From positions 1 to 57,330 of IMG/VR virus record IMGVR_UViG_3300021963_000149: a DNA stretch of 57,330 bases, one strand, 5' to 3'. The stretch's first letter is position 1. Every line of letters starts with the position of its first letter. The position numbers and the translations under genes were made by a program. A model generated the notes under the pieces. That model made no database searches. It was given only the letters and a program-made list of their open reading frames with translations, and was not told the DNA's origin. Source of the stretch: a virus. Its lineage: Duplodnaviria > Caudoviricetes. Shown in pieces: positions 27,306 to 37,967 of this stretch.

Positions 27306-28718
27306 TTAAGGTTGACCAAAAGGATTTTTTTCGCTAAAATCAACAATAGAATCGGATTCTATTTCAATTTGATTATTGTCCGTATATCCATCATCTTGTG
27401 GATTTGCATTGACTAAAAGTAAAGGATGAGAAGCTCCTGATATAGATCCAACAATGTTTTCACCAACAGTAAATGAACCATCAATATTATAAACATCCAA
27501 AATATTAGTGGCAGAATTCCAACTTCTAACTCTTGCCATGGTTCCACTTAAAGACCCGGTTACTGTTTCATTAAATTCAAAATCTCCAACTGCGTTTGAT
27601 GATGGCGTTGAAATGGTTATTATTGGTGCTACAGTGTATCCTGCGCCAGCATTAGTTAAATATATTGTAGAAATAGTTCCAGCAGCACTGACGACTGCTG
27701 TAGCAGCTGCTGAAACTGTGGATATGCCCGTAAAAGTTATTGCTGGAGGTAATGTGTAACCAGAACCACCATTAGTAATAGTAATAATTCCTACAATTGC
27801 ATTTTCAATTACTGAAGTTGCAGCTGCCCCACTGCCTCCACCACCAATAAATTTAATTCCAGGTGCCTGAGTATATCCTGCACCAGCATTGATAATTCTA
27901 ACACTTTGCACAGACTGAGCAGATGGATTAACATTGTCTGTACAAACAACTATACCGCCAATCATGGTTGCTGTTGCCACACCAGTAATTCCACCATTTG
28001 GTGCAGACCCAATTCCAACTGTAGGAGTGCTTATATATCCACCACCTCTATTTGTAACAGTAATTAATTTTATACCGCCATTAACAACTCCAGCAGTTGC
28101 AGTCGCTGTTACTCCAACTCCAACTAATGTCAATCTTTGTATGTTTCCAACTAAAATAGTTCCACCATCTGCAGAATCAATTGGTTGCAATAGATCGTCA
28201 ATTTCATCAACTCCAGTATCAATAACCTCATCTTCATATCTAAAGAGTTCACACCTTAATTGATAGACATAATTTTTTTGAAGTTGGTAAAATGGTTTTT
28301 CGTGCTCAACATACTTAATTTCAAATAAACGATCTCCTAAAGGAAAATAAATTAAATCTCCCTCTTTTGGTCTTGCTGATAATTTGATATTTTCTTCATT
28401 TTTTATAAGTGGAGATATATATGTTTTAAATCTCTCTTGTGAAATAATTAAATTAATTTCATTAGTTGCTTGTATTCCAAATTTTGATAATAAAACAGGA
28501 TTTTCCGCATATCCCTCATAATTTTCAACATAAGCTTCTATTGGATATGCGTCATCAAATTTAGATTCGATTACTTCTTTTATTACTGTTTTTTCTGTTA
28601 GGTATTTTCTGGGCAAATAATATACCTCAATACCATACATTCTCAATTGTTCATTGATTAAACTTTGAACAAGATTTTGTTCGGATGATGACCCCTGTAA
28701 AAAGTATGGATTTAACAT
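27306..28718 (-). CDS. g14: Neck protein gp14 with GxGY-repeat insertion
   Basis: YYLPR, RPKEGDLIYFP, FEIKYVEHEKPFYQL, C-terminal DFSEKNPFG. Confidence 0.94.
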   Translation of the reverse strand: MLNPYFLQGSSSEQNLVQSLINEQLRMYGIEVYYLPRKYLTEKTVIKEVIESKFDDAYPIEAYVENYEGYAENPVLLSKFGIQATNEINLIISQERFKTYISPLIKNEENIKLSARPKEGDLIYFPLGDRLFEIKYVEHEKPFYQLQKNYVYQLRCELFRYEDEVIDTGVDEIDDLLQPIDSADGGTILVGNIQRLTLVGVGVTATATAGVVNGGIKLITVTNRGGGYISTPTVGIGSAPNGGITGVATATMIGGIVVCTDNVNPSAQSVQSVRIINAGAGYTQAPGIKFIGGGGSGAAATSVIENAIVGIITITNGGSGYTLPPAITFTGISTVSAAATAVVSAAGTISTIYLTNAGAGYTVAPIITISTPSSNAVGDFEFNETVTGSLSGTMARVRSWNSATNILDVYNIDGSFTVGENIVGSISGASHPLLLVNANPQDDGYTDNNQIEIESDSIVDFSEKNPFGQP

Positions 28719-28723
28719 GCGAT

Positions 28724-29569
28724 TTATCCAATCATATCCAGAGGTGGAAGTTCATAGGTATTAGACATTTTTTCCATTAAAATATCTAACTCTCTTTGAG
28801 CATCATCATAAATTTGTCTCCCATTTAATTCCACTCCACCAGGGAGTTTTACTCCTTGGAATTTAATTAAATTTTGTCCCCATTGTTTTTTAATTAAAAG
28901 AGTAAGATATTTTTTAAGAAATGAATCATTCCAAACTCTTGCATAATCATTTGGATCTAATGTTGAAAAACAGTCTATAACAAAATAATCTCCCACCCTA
29001 ACAGAAGACCAATCTATATCAAGATATAATCTGTCTTGTCTTTTATTAAATCTAATTTGTTTTTGTGTTGTCAACAGAAAATTAATATCTTCCAAATATG
29101 TTTTAACCATTGCGTATGTCAATAGTTCAGTTGTTCCCCAATAATAAATATCGTTTAAAAATAACTGATATTTAATACTAAACATATTACTAGTAATATT
29201 ATTAGATCCATCAAAGTGAAATATTTTAGTTACTCCAATGACCGATGGGGGCACTTGCAAATAATTACTATTTTCTTCATATGAAAAAGTAGTAGCAGTC
29301 CCAACTATTGTTGTTGATGCTGTTGTAGTTACAATTCCAATTGGATTTTTTCCGCCTCTACCTCTTCCTCTATCAATATCATCTTGCGTTATTTTATATT
29401 TGAAAAATGTAGGATATACACCATCAAAATGTCTTTCTTGAAAAAACTGAACGGCATCATCAACTAAATCTTCTATTTGCTCATCAGCAACATTAATCTC
29501 AAGTACAGGCGCCCCTAATTGCCTTTTGCAATAATTAATTAGTTCTGTCCTAGTAGATGGTTGCGCCAT
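28724..29569 (-). CDS. g13: Neck protein gp13
   Basis: LGAPVLEINV, ERHFDG, QWGQNLIKF.GVKLPGGVELNG. Confidence 0.95.
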   Translation of the reverse strand: MAQPSTRTELINYCKRQLGAPVLEINVADEQIEDLVDDAVQFFQERHFDGVYPTFFKYKITQDDIDRGRGRGGKNPIGIVTTTASTTIVGTATTFSYEENSNYLQVPPSVIGVTKIFHFDGSNNITSNMFSIKYQLFLNDIYYWGTTELLTYAMVKTYLEDINFLLTTQKQIRFNKRQDRLYLDIDWSSVRVGDYFVIDCFSTLDPNDYARVWNDSFLKKYLTLLIKKQWGQNLIKFQGVKLPGGVELNGRQIYDDAQRELDILMEKMSNTYELPPLDMIG

Positions 29570-29588
29570 TTATCAGTACCTCTCCAAG

Positions 29589-29595
29589 TATTTAT
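29589..29595 (-). promoter_or_regulatory. Putative late promoter (ATAAATA) for g13
   Basis: tatttat followed by GGAGAGG ribosome-binding site. Confidence 0.6.
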
Positions 29596-29978
29596 GGTGC
29601 AGATGAAATTCCTGGTTTAACCAATATCATTCCGTCTATAATTCTATAAACTGTAGACCCAGAACTAACTAAAATATCGTAAATGTATCTTCCTTCAGTT
29701 AATTCTCTGGTTGTTGTTGACCCTAAAGAGATACTAAACTTTCCATCGGCAGCACTTGTAAATCCAACATTAAATGTTGCTACTGCATATGAAGTTGATC
29801 CAATAGATACACTTTTTGCCATTTGAGATGAACCAGTATATCCTGTAAAATTAAAGGCAGTATTTGCCGTGTTGAGAACTTCAAAATTTGACTTAAATGT
29901 AGCACCAGTGTTAATAGTTAAATTAACTGGATACGCTACACCTGCATCAGGATCAAATGTGATTTTATTCGTAGACAT
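29592..29978 (-). CDS. Small virion structural protein (Ig-like/BppU-like pattern)
   Basis: NLTINTGATF...GRYIYDILV...RIIDG.ILV.PG; in the structural operon. Confidence 0.7.
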   Translation of the reverse strand: MSTNKITFDPDAGVAYPVNLTINTGATFKSNFEVLNTANTAFNFTGYTGSSQMAKSVSIGSTSYAVATFNVGFTSAADGKFSISLGSTTTRELTEGRYIYDILVSSGSTVYRIIDGMILVKPGISSAP

Positions 29979-30150
29979 TTGAAACTCCTAAATTGGCAAC
30001 AACTTCTTGCTGTTTTAGATAAAGTTTATAATAACATTTAGCAATATTCTTGACTTGCTCAATATTATCTAAATTATCTATTTCTGAAGAAATTTTGAAA
30101 TACTCAAAACTTTTACTCAAATTTTCCAATTCTATTTTATCAGGATCCAT
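29965..30150 (-). CDS. Small helical protein, NblA-like (phycobilisome degradation adaptor candidate)
   Basis: 61 aa; IEL.NLSKSFE...I..L..IEQVK...YYKLYLKQQE matches the size and two-helix pattern of NblA by eye. Confidence 0.5.
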   Translation of the reverse strand: MDPDKIELENLSKSFEYFKISSEIDNLDNIEQVKNIAKCYYKLYLKQQEVVANLGVSNVYE

Positions 30151-30364
30151 TTACCAAACTCCTAAGTAAAGATTTAATCTCATTCAAATCATCTTTCATA
30201 TTAGCAACATCAGACTCTAAATTATGTATTTTTTGTTGCTCTTTTTCTTTAGAATCACGACGAGCAACATACTCATTGTATTCTGATATGTTTGTATTAA
30301 TTATTGCATTAGTTCTTGGGTCTCTTTTAAGGTATTCATACCCTTTAACTTTTACATTTTCCAT
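30140..30364 (-). CDS. Conserved hypothetical protein with C-terminal coiled coil
   Basis: VKG...L.RDPRTNAIIN...LNEIKSLL; 74 aa, tightly packed in the operon. Confidence 0.8.
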   Translation of the reverse strand: MENVKVKGYEYLKRDPRTNAIINTNISEYNEYVARRDSKEKEQQKIHNLESDVANMKDDLNEIKSLLRSLVNGS

Positions 30365-30365
30365 A

Positions 30366-33300
30366 TTATGCTAATGTTATTACTCTCAGTTCTCTGACTC
30401 TTGGAACATATGCTTGATTTGTTGAAGTAAGAACAAATTTAATTCTATATGTTCTAAAAGATGGAAGATTATTTGCAGTAAAAGTATACTCTTTATAATC
30501 TAAATCTTCAGATAAGAATCCACGAGCATCAGAGAGACTTACATAATTGTCAGGTTTACCATTGCTATTAGACACACTAATTACCTCACCTTTAGCATTT
30601 AAATTATCATATCCTGGGAAAGGAACAAAAATTGGATTGAAGTTTTCACTATCACTGATTGCATAAAATGCTCTAATGTCCGAGTAATCATTGATATGGG
30701 CTGACAATACAATCTTAATTGAAGATGCTGAAGTTTCTAATACATTTTCTTTTGAAATGTACTGGCAAGCAGTTGGATCTTCTGTGAGAGTATTTACTCT
30801 ATTATCAGTCACATAATTAGAAATAGCATTATTTACTCTGTTGGAAGTAAGAATTGCATTCATTCTTTGAATATCAATAATAGGAGACAAACGACCATCA
30901 ACAGAACTTAAATTCAACTTGATATTAAAAGATCTGTCTCCTGGGAAAGCTTGAATAGAATTGTTAGATGTTTCGTTAATTCTAGAAGCGATAATTCTTG
31001 GAGAATTCAAATAGTTTGATTTATTAAGAGTAATTGGTTCATAACCTTTATTAACAAATGGAACATCTGCACCTGTTCCAGAACCATCATTTAAACTTGT
31101 GCCAGAAACGGTTCTCATTTCCGCAGTCACATTTGTTCCAGGAACAGTAATGTTTTGAATCATTGGAGTAATAATCTCAAATGGAATGTTTTGAGTCGCT
31201 CTAACATTTAATCCACCGGTGGATTTGGTTTGATTTGCATAGAGTTTAGGGAAACTTGTTCCATCAGTTCTAGCAACACCACTAGATGCCATATCAAGTT
31301 TAATATTGTAAGAATCAAAAGTTAATGGATTTGAAACTGTTACATCATCCAACAAATGAGTCTTATTGATTCTTCTCAAGGAAACGCCGCCAAGTTCATA
31401 CTTATAAACAGGGGTTCCTGACAAATAGTTCTTTGGATTAGAACCTCTTGTGATTCCACTGATGGAACCTGCAGAAACAGAACTGTAACTAATAACTTCA
31501 CTTCCGATCAACAAATATCCAAGATTTGTTGTGCCAACTCCAACATTTTCAAAAGTTCCGAATCCTGAACTGTCATCTACAGAAATTGGTGCAGTAGAGT
31601 CTGAAGCATATGGAAGAACAAGTTTTGTTGGGACTACATCAGACTCAACACCAGAAATTGTGACTCTGTTGGTTTCATGATACATACCATGGTTTTTATG
31701 ATTCACGACTGCATGTAAACCATCGCTGACAACTTCAATGATGGAAGGAGTTACATTTCCACCTCTTGCAGCATTGAAATCTGTTGTAATGCCAAGACTA
31801 TTTGTGTATCTAAGGGTTTTTCCTACACCCACAACAAAATCACCTTGAACATTATCTAAAACAATTTCATTGGTGCTGGCAATTGATACGACAGAAAGGC
31901 GAATATTTCTACCAACAGAAACATTTCCAATAGTTGAAATCCCAAGAACGTCGCCAACTTGATATCCAGTACCAGAAGTTACTACAGTTGCAGCAATTGC
32001 AACTCCATTTTCAACAGTAACATTAGCTGTTATGTTCTTACCAGTTCCTGTAATATTGGTAAGTCCGACTCCAGCAAAAGTAAATGAACCTGAAGCAGGT
32101 GTATATCCAATACCTGCATTAATAATTCCAAGTGTTCCAGTAGCAATACCAGCACTGCCAACATAGTTGCCAGTTGCATTAGTTCCTTGTTGAGAAACTG
32201 TATTACCAAATTGCAGTCCAGTTGCAACACCAACAACTTCTTGAAGTGTAGATCCAAGTCCAACTCTTACTCTTCTGGAATTCAGAATAACTGAATTTGG
32301 CATTAACTTTGGAATTTGTCCATTACCTTCACCTAAAACTGGATTATAAACTTCCAGAGTTCCAGATGGTTCAAACTCTGCTCTATAAAGAGTAAATTTC
32401 AAGTCTTCCCATTGACTTGGTTCCCATGTAGAAGCGTTTTGGGATTTAAAGAGTGAACCTAAGTACGGTTGATTTGAAATAAATTCGTCCGTAACTAAAT
32501 CGGATTCACCAACTCTTGAAATAAACACTCTGTATTTTGTTGACCAAGATGCAAGACAAATTGCATAGTCAACTCCACCTTCTAGATAAACTGGAGCCTT
32601 AAATGTAAATCTTGTTGGAACAGTTCCATCTTGGGATGTTTTGATTTGACTTGGGTCAACAACAATTTCAGAGAATGGAAGAATCTTTTGTGTTGGAGTT
32701 CCTCCTTGCATTGTACGAATTTGGAATGTCATAGGAATATCCATGTCATCTTTCGTTTGGAAGAAGACATCACAACTTGTAATAAAGACTCCAGTTTCAT
32801 CTTGTACTTGGAATGACTGTGCTAATGGGTCATACCATTCTGTTACGGTTTGAGACCTTGTTGTTTGTGATATGACTCTAGTTCCAGTTAGTTGTGGTCC
32901 AGTTGTTCTTCTAGCTGCAGCAGTTTCAATTTCTTGTTTAATTTCAACTCTTGCATTTCTAACTGAAATAATATTTTCTTGAACTGTTTCTAAAGTTCCA
33001 CTGGAGGAGAAAGATTCTTCTGCGATAGTATCAGCAGTATTTGCATTATTATCAGAGTTATTAATTAGAGTCAGTTTTTTGGTTCCAGTTGCAAATCTTG
33101 GGTTTGTGCCAACATTTGGATTTGGAATAAAGAAACTACCAATAAGATTTGCGCCAAGGTCTGATATAAGTCTCAGATTTGTGATTGTTGCCTGAGCACC
33201 ACTAGTTTGTCCAACTAAAATCATTCCAGTTTCAACATACCCACTAAATTCTCCCTGTGCTTGAAGTGAGAGAGAATATGTGTCAACATTTAAAATTGTT

Positions 33301-36300
33301 GAGGTTGATGAATATGTAGCAGGAATTGTATTTCCTTGTCCTGCCAACTGAACGGTTCCTGGTGTTCCTAAGAAGGTTTCTAATCCAGTTGCTCCAATTT
33401 GAGATGTGTATGGGTTGTTTGTAAAGACACTAGTTGGTGCATTATAAGGACCTTCTCTATGATTACTTTGAGCGGCTCTAAATGTAATCTGTGGGTTAGA
33501 CAGTCCAACAACAGGTTGAATTCCAGTGTTTCTTACTGTACCAACAACGGTCTCTCCAACTTGGAAAGAACCAGAAATCATAGAAATTTCAAGAAGTTTT
33601 GGAACACAATATTTGGTTACATTAACTCCATCAAAGAAAGCATAAATTTGAGTAAGTGGTTTTAACTTCTTAGATACAAACTGAACATTTCTAGAACGCA
33701 TAAATGCAATGATCTCTCTGTTGACAACTCTGTCACCAACAGATTGCATATCAAATTGTTCAGTAATTACAGTTCTTGTGCCATTTCTGGTTGATGTTCC
33801 TGTATTAATGACTTCTCTAAAGGAATCTTCAAAAACTGTATCAGTTGTACTTTCTGTAAATGTTCTCGTTCTTCCACGACCACCACCACCTTGTCGTTGA
33901 GTAGGACCTAAATCACCTCTAACCTCTCTTGTTCTGGTTGTATCAATAATTTCTTGTCCAGTCCAAACAGTTTCCCATGCATTCCATAAGATAGGACTTA
34001 ATCCTGTTTGTGGGTCTAATCCTATTGTTCTTTGGGCATTAGCAATTGTTTCAGTATAATTACCTTCGGTATTAATAATTTTTGCTTCAATTCTTGCTGT
34101 ATCAACCCAAGTATCTGATGCCGGAGTTAATTCAAGAGTTGCTTGCCAGAAACTTACTAAGAAAGGTGTTATACTTTCAGTTCTCGTGGCAAAAGATTGC
34201 TTAAGCCACTCAACTTCAGTGTAGTTTAAGGTTACAACATCACTTGATCTCTTAATACCAGTACCTTCTGGTTGTAAAAATGCAAGGTCTTCGGTTGCAC
34301 TCACATTTTCAACTGGACCTAATTGTAAGTCAATTGAATTAGTGAAGTGTCTAGGTCTTAATTCCTTATTGGGAATATCAATACTATTTTTAACTTCTAT
34401 TCCCGACTCTTGTGGTAAAATTGTAGTAAAATTATCAACAAAAAAACCAGATTTAAATCTATTCAGTCCATTAGAATCTGGGATGAACAGATTTGCAGTG
34501 TTTGTTTCCAGTAAAGAAAGAGTCGTGTAATACTCAAGATTTTTGATTCTATCCTCAAGTTTTCTAATATCAGACATTCTATATCTTTTATGATTTAAGA
34601 AAGACAGAGATGCTGATTCCACATCATACAAATATGGAGGCATAAGAACCGATCCAATTTCCAAAGCATCATCAATTGGAATTGGTTTATCTAATTTTTC
34701 AGATGGCTCTCCATATTGGATTTCAAATCTCCCATCTTTTGTTAAATAAATTCTATCAATTCTTCCAACATAGAATGAGAAGTTTGTAACGATAGATTCA
34801 TCTGATGCTAAGATATTAGCAGCAGAGTTTCCAGAACCATTAAAACTTCTACCAAGGAACTCCAATGGAGACCTTGACCCCTCAAGAACACTGTATGTTG
34901 ATACTCTTGGTCTAATATCAATTATATCAGTATTTCTATTCCCATTAATTGTAAGAATATCGTTTTTATAATCAAATGTATCATATGAATTTTTAGTTGT
35001 AATATCACCATCATCAGATGATTCGTAATAAGCGTTAGTAAAATAAACCTTTAATCTCTTGGATGGCTCTTTTACATTACTTTTTCTTGTTATGAACCCA
35101 TGGTCATAGAAAGTTCCCTCTTGCCCAGAATTAAAAGTATAATTAGCAGAAACATTTCTACTTGGTGTCTCTAAAGTTGTGACAATTGCTTGTATTTTAG
35201 ATTCTTCAAAAGTAACAGTTTCTCCTTCTTTAAATGAGATTTGATTTTTTAGAACATATGTAATTTGAGAATCAGATAATTTTTCCGCAACGACAGCAAT
35301 TGCACCAGATGCAGAACCTGTAATTTTTTCTCCAATAACTAAATCGGAAGTTTTTCCTGTAGGACCGTTTAATGAAGATAATGTTACTTTTGGTGCTGAA
35401 GGATTTGCTGTTGTTGTAGACTCAAAAATACCAAGAATTCTAATAATATCTGGAGTGTTTAAACAAATATTTTCATCTTGAACTCTAGTTCCATATGGGA
35501 AATTGCCATAAGTAAGTCCATCATTTAAAGTTGTTGCTCCAACTCCAGAACCAGAAAGTTTTGACTTATCGACAACGATTGCATTAACTCTGTTTTGTCT
35601 CTTAACTTTTGCTTTTGGCTTTGATTTTGTAAGTGTTGCAACTAATGTTGCTCCAATATCATCTGAGGATAAATTATTAATTTGAAGAACTGTTGAACCA
35701 GAAGAGAATGAAAACTTATCTGAAGTAAGAACTTCAGTAACTCCATTAGATCTTACTAATGAATATCTCTCTTCATCAAATGGTAAGAAAGTTTCGTTAG
35801 TTCCAGCAGTTAAAGCAGAAGAGAGACGATTTCCAGAAATATTTACAGTATATGACTTTCTAATTACTAATGATGCATTTGTCAAATCTACATTTGAAAT
35901 ATTTCTCTTTGGCATCAAAGTGTATAATGTGTTATCAACAGAATCATTTAAAGGTGTAGATAATACTTTAAAATCTGTTACTGAAAGAGTTGATGATGGT
36001 GGAAGTTTTCCTTCTGCCACACCACTGACTGTGGTCACTCCTACAATTGTAATAGATGTAGAAGCAGTGCTTACAACTCTGGCAAAAATTGGATCTGCAA
36101 GATTTAGTCCCGTAAATTTAACTAAATCATTTCTTTTTACAAGATTACCTGGGAAAAGTGGATTTGTGCTAACAACAGTGCTTTCTCCAGAAGCAGCAAC
36201 ATATGCTGTAATTGTTGCAATACCAATATTGAAGGCATCTGTTTGAATTGTATCTGCAGAGAAAGTTTTTGCAAATCCTACATTACCTAAATCAGGTCCT

Positions 36301-37961
36301 CCATAAACTGATTTTACATTTGACATTCCAAAAGCAGTTACTCCTGTAGCAACTCTTGTATCTTCAATTCCATTAAAAATAAATGGTTCGTTTGCTACAA
36401 ATTCTCCCGATTTATTATAAACAGTTAATGCTGTTCCTGCTGCAACTGAACTTCTCAGGAATGCTGTCGCACCACTGTATTTTCCTTTGATAAAAGTTGG
36501 AACAGATAATGTAATTGGTTCATTCAGAGTGATATGTGAGAATAATTGAACATCATAAAGAGAAATGTCCCACTCGTTAATATTTGGATTTGATGAAGAA
36601 TATGAACCACCTTCTAAATTAAAATCATAAACTCTTGCTAATCCAATTTCTTTTCCTGGAGAGGTAATACTGTTAACACCTACTCTATTATCTCTTAAAC
36701 TTAAGATATAAGTGTTTCCAACTCCGACCACAGGATTTCCAAAAACACGATTTAATTTAAGAGTGGTTCCTGTAGTATAATTGATACCTTGATTTTCTAA
36801 AGTTTTTGTTGTTCTTGTCTTAGGTGCATCGATATAAGTTGTACTAATTGTTTCAATCTCATATCCTTTAACAAATGCTTTTCCTGGAGAAATTTGATAA
36901 AGTGCTAAATCTTCACTTGCTAAAGTTCCTGAATAAGTAAATTGACCTTGCTCAAAAACACCGTTATTTGCTATACCATCATTTAAAGAATCTTTAACTG
37001 TAATGTCAAAAGGAGTAACTGTATAGTCTCCAGATTCAGAGAAAGTTCTTCTTGCAAGTTCATCAGCAATTAAACTATATTGAGTATTTTTAACTTGAGA
37101 ACGTAAAATGCCATTGTTTACTGTTGCCAATTCAACAAAATTTGAGTCATTAAAATCATCAATAGCTTTGAAAAATAAAGAACAAGTAATCTTTAAACGA
37201 TCTGCTCCTGGAGCGGCATAATTATTAAATCCTTTAGAATTATCTGTTAATGTTTCGTCTTCATCGGCATTGATGATTTCTTCTTGAACTCTAAGACCAA
37301 TTCTTCCTGTGGGTGTGTTTGAATACTGCTGAAGAAGAATAGTTTCGTCCTGAACATTTACAAATGTTCCGCGAACAAAATACACACCATTTGAAATAGA
37401 AAAAGATGATGCTGTAGAAGTTGCATTTGTAGAGATTGCGGAAGCAAAAGACTCTCCAGATGGAATAAAAGTATTATTTAATGGTCCTGTAATAATATCA
37501 GTATCTGCCGCTAATAATTCGCCATCTAAAAATTGTTTAATATCTGGATTTTGCACCCCAGATGAAATATAAGAAACATAGATTGTGAGATTTCCTCTTT
37601 CAGAATCTTCTGATTTTAAAATTTTATCAATAATTGCAGTTACACCGGAAGTTAATCCTATGATTTTTCTTTTCAATAACTGCTCAACATAATATTCAAC
37701 AGGAACTCCAAGATGAGTGTTATTTAATTCAACTGCATAATAACTTTGGCTATATCCAGTGTTTCCTGGAATTACTTTTGCACCTTCTTTAAAAAAGTGT
37801 TGACCAAATTTATCAATTTGGTTTTGTAAAATTGATTGCAGACCAGTTAATTCTCTTGCTTGTACTGGATAACCTGGCTTAAATAAAATTCTGTAATAAT
37901 TATCATTTTCATCAAAGTCATCAAAATATGGAGAAACATTGAGATTAGTTTGCTGAGCCAT
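30366..37961 (-). CDS. Large virion structural protein (DUF4815/VrlC-like)
   Basis: NLNVSPYFDDF, FKPGYPVQARELT, APGADRL, LEYYTTLSLLE, FKSGFFVDNF, DPLAQSF; follows g8. Confidence 0.88.
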   Translation of the reverse strand: MAQQTNLNVSPYFDDFDENDNYYRILFKPGYPVQARELTGLQSILQNQIDKFGQHFFKEGAKVIPGNTGYSQSYYAVELNNTHLGVPVEYYVEQLLKRKIIGLTSGVTAIIDKILKSEDSERGNLTIYVSYISSGVQNPDIKQFLDGELLAADTDIITGPLNNTFIPSGESFASAISTNATSTASSFSISNGVYFVRGTFVNVQDETILLQQYSNTPTGRIGLRVQEEIINADEDETLTDNSKGFNNYAAPGADRLKITCSLFFKAIDDFNDSNFVELATVNNGILRSQVKNTQYSLIADELARRTFSESGDYTVTPFDITVKDSLNDGIANNGVFEQGQFTYSGTLASEDLALYQISPGKAFVKGYEIETISTTYIDAPKTRTTKTLENQGINYTTGTTLKLNRVFGNPVVGVGNTYILSLRDNRVGVNSITSPGKEIGLARVYDFNLEGGSYSSSNPNINEWDISLYDVQLFSHITLNEPITLSVPTFIKGKYSGATAFLRSSVAAGTALTVYNKSGEFVANEPFIFNGIEDTRVATGVTAFGMSNVKSVYGGPDLGNVGFAKTFSADTIQTDAFNIGIATITAYVAASGESTVVSTNPLFPGNLVKRNDLVKFTGLNLADPIFARVVSTASTSITIVGVTTVSGVAEGKLPPSSTLSVTDFKVLSTPLNDSVDNTLYTLMPKRNISNVDLTNASLVIRKSYTVNISGNRLSSALTAGTNETFLPFDEERYSLVRSNGVTEVLTSDKFSFSSGSTVLQINNLSSDDIGATLVATLTKSKPKAKVKRQNRVNAIVVDKSKLSGSGVGATTLNDGLTYGNFPYGTRVQDENICLNTPDIIRILGIFESTTTANPSAPKVTLSSLNGPTGKTSDLVIGEKITGSASGAIAVVAEKLSDSQITYVLKNQISFKEGETVTFEESKIQAIVTTLETPSRNVSANYTFNSGQEGTFYDHGFITRKSNVKEPSKRLKVYFTNAYYESSDDGDITTKNSYDTFDYKNDILTINGNRNTDIIDIRPRVSTYSVLEGSRSPLEFLGRSFNGSGNSAANILASDESIVTNFSFYVGRIDRIYLTKDGRFEIQYGEPSEKLDKPIPIDDALEIGSVLMPPYLYDVESASLSFLNHKRYRMSDIRKLEDRIKNLEYYTTLSLLETNTANLFIPDSNGLNRFKSGFFVDNFTTILPQESGIEVKNSIDIPNKELRPRHFTNSIDLQLGPVENVSATEDLAFLQPEGTGIKRSSDVVTLNYTEVEWLKQSFATRTESITPFLVSFWQATLELTPASDTWVDTARIEAKIINTEGNYTETIANAQRTIGLDPQTGLSPILWNAWETVWTGQEIIDTTRTREVRGDLGPTQRQGGGGRGRTRTFTESTTDTVFEDSFREVINTGTSTRNGTRTVITEQFDMQSVGDRVVNREIIAFMRSRNVQFVSKKLKPLTQIYAFFDGVNVTKYCVPKLLEISMISGSFQVGETVVGTVRNTGIQPVVGLSNPQITFRAAQSNHREGPYNAPTSVFTNNPYTSQIGATGLETFLGTPGTVQLAGQGNTIPATYSSTSTILNVDTYSLSLQAQGEFSGYVETGMILVGQTSGAQATITNLRLISDLGANLIGSFFIPNPNVGTNPRFATGTKKLTLINNSDNNANTADTIAEESFSSSGTLETVQENIISVRNARVEIKQEIETAAARRTTGPQLTGTRVISQTTRSQTVTEWYDPLAQSFQVQDETGVFITSCDVFFQTKDDMDIPMTFQIRTMQGGTPTQKILPFSEIVVDPSQIKTSQDGTVPTRFTFKAPVYLEGGVDYAICLASWSTKYRVFISRVGESDLVTDEFISNQPYLGSLFKSQNASTWEPSQWEDLKFTLYRAEFEPSGTLEVYNPVLGEGNGQIPKLMPNSVILNSRRVRVGLGSTLQEVVGVATGLQFGNTVSQQGTNATGNYVGSAGIATGTLGIINAGIGYTPASGSFTFAGVGLTNITGTGKNITANVTVENGVAIAATVVTSGTGYQVGDVLGISTIGNVSVGRNIRLSVVSIASTNEIVLDNVQGDFVVGVGKTLRYTNSLGITTDFNAARGGNVTPSIIEVVSDGLHAVVNHKNHGMYHETNRVTISGVESDVVPTKLVLPYASDSTAPISVDDSSGFGTFENVGVGTTNLGYLLIGSEVISYSSVSAGSISGITRGSNPKNYLSGTPVYKYELGGVSLRRINKTHLLDDVTVSNPLTFDSYNIKLDMASSGVARTDGTSFPKLYANQTKSTGGLNVRATQNIPFEIITPMIQNITVPGTNVTAEMRTVSGTSLNDGSGTGADVPFVNKGYEPITLNKSNYLNSPRIIASRINETSNNSIQAFPGDRSFNIKLNLSSVDGRLSPIIDIQRMNAILTSNRVNNAISNYVTDNRVNTLTEDPTACQYISKENVLETSASSIKIVLSAHINDYSDIRAFYAISDSENFNPIFVPFPGYDNLNAKGEVISVSNSNGKPDNYVSLSDARGFLSEDLDYKEYTFTANNLPSFRTYRIKFVLTSTNQAYVPRVRELRVITLA

Positions 37962-37967
37962 AGTTAG

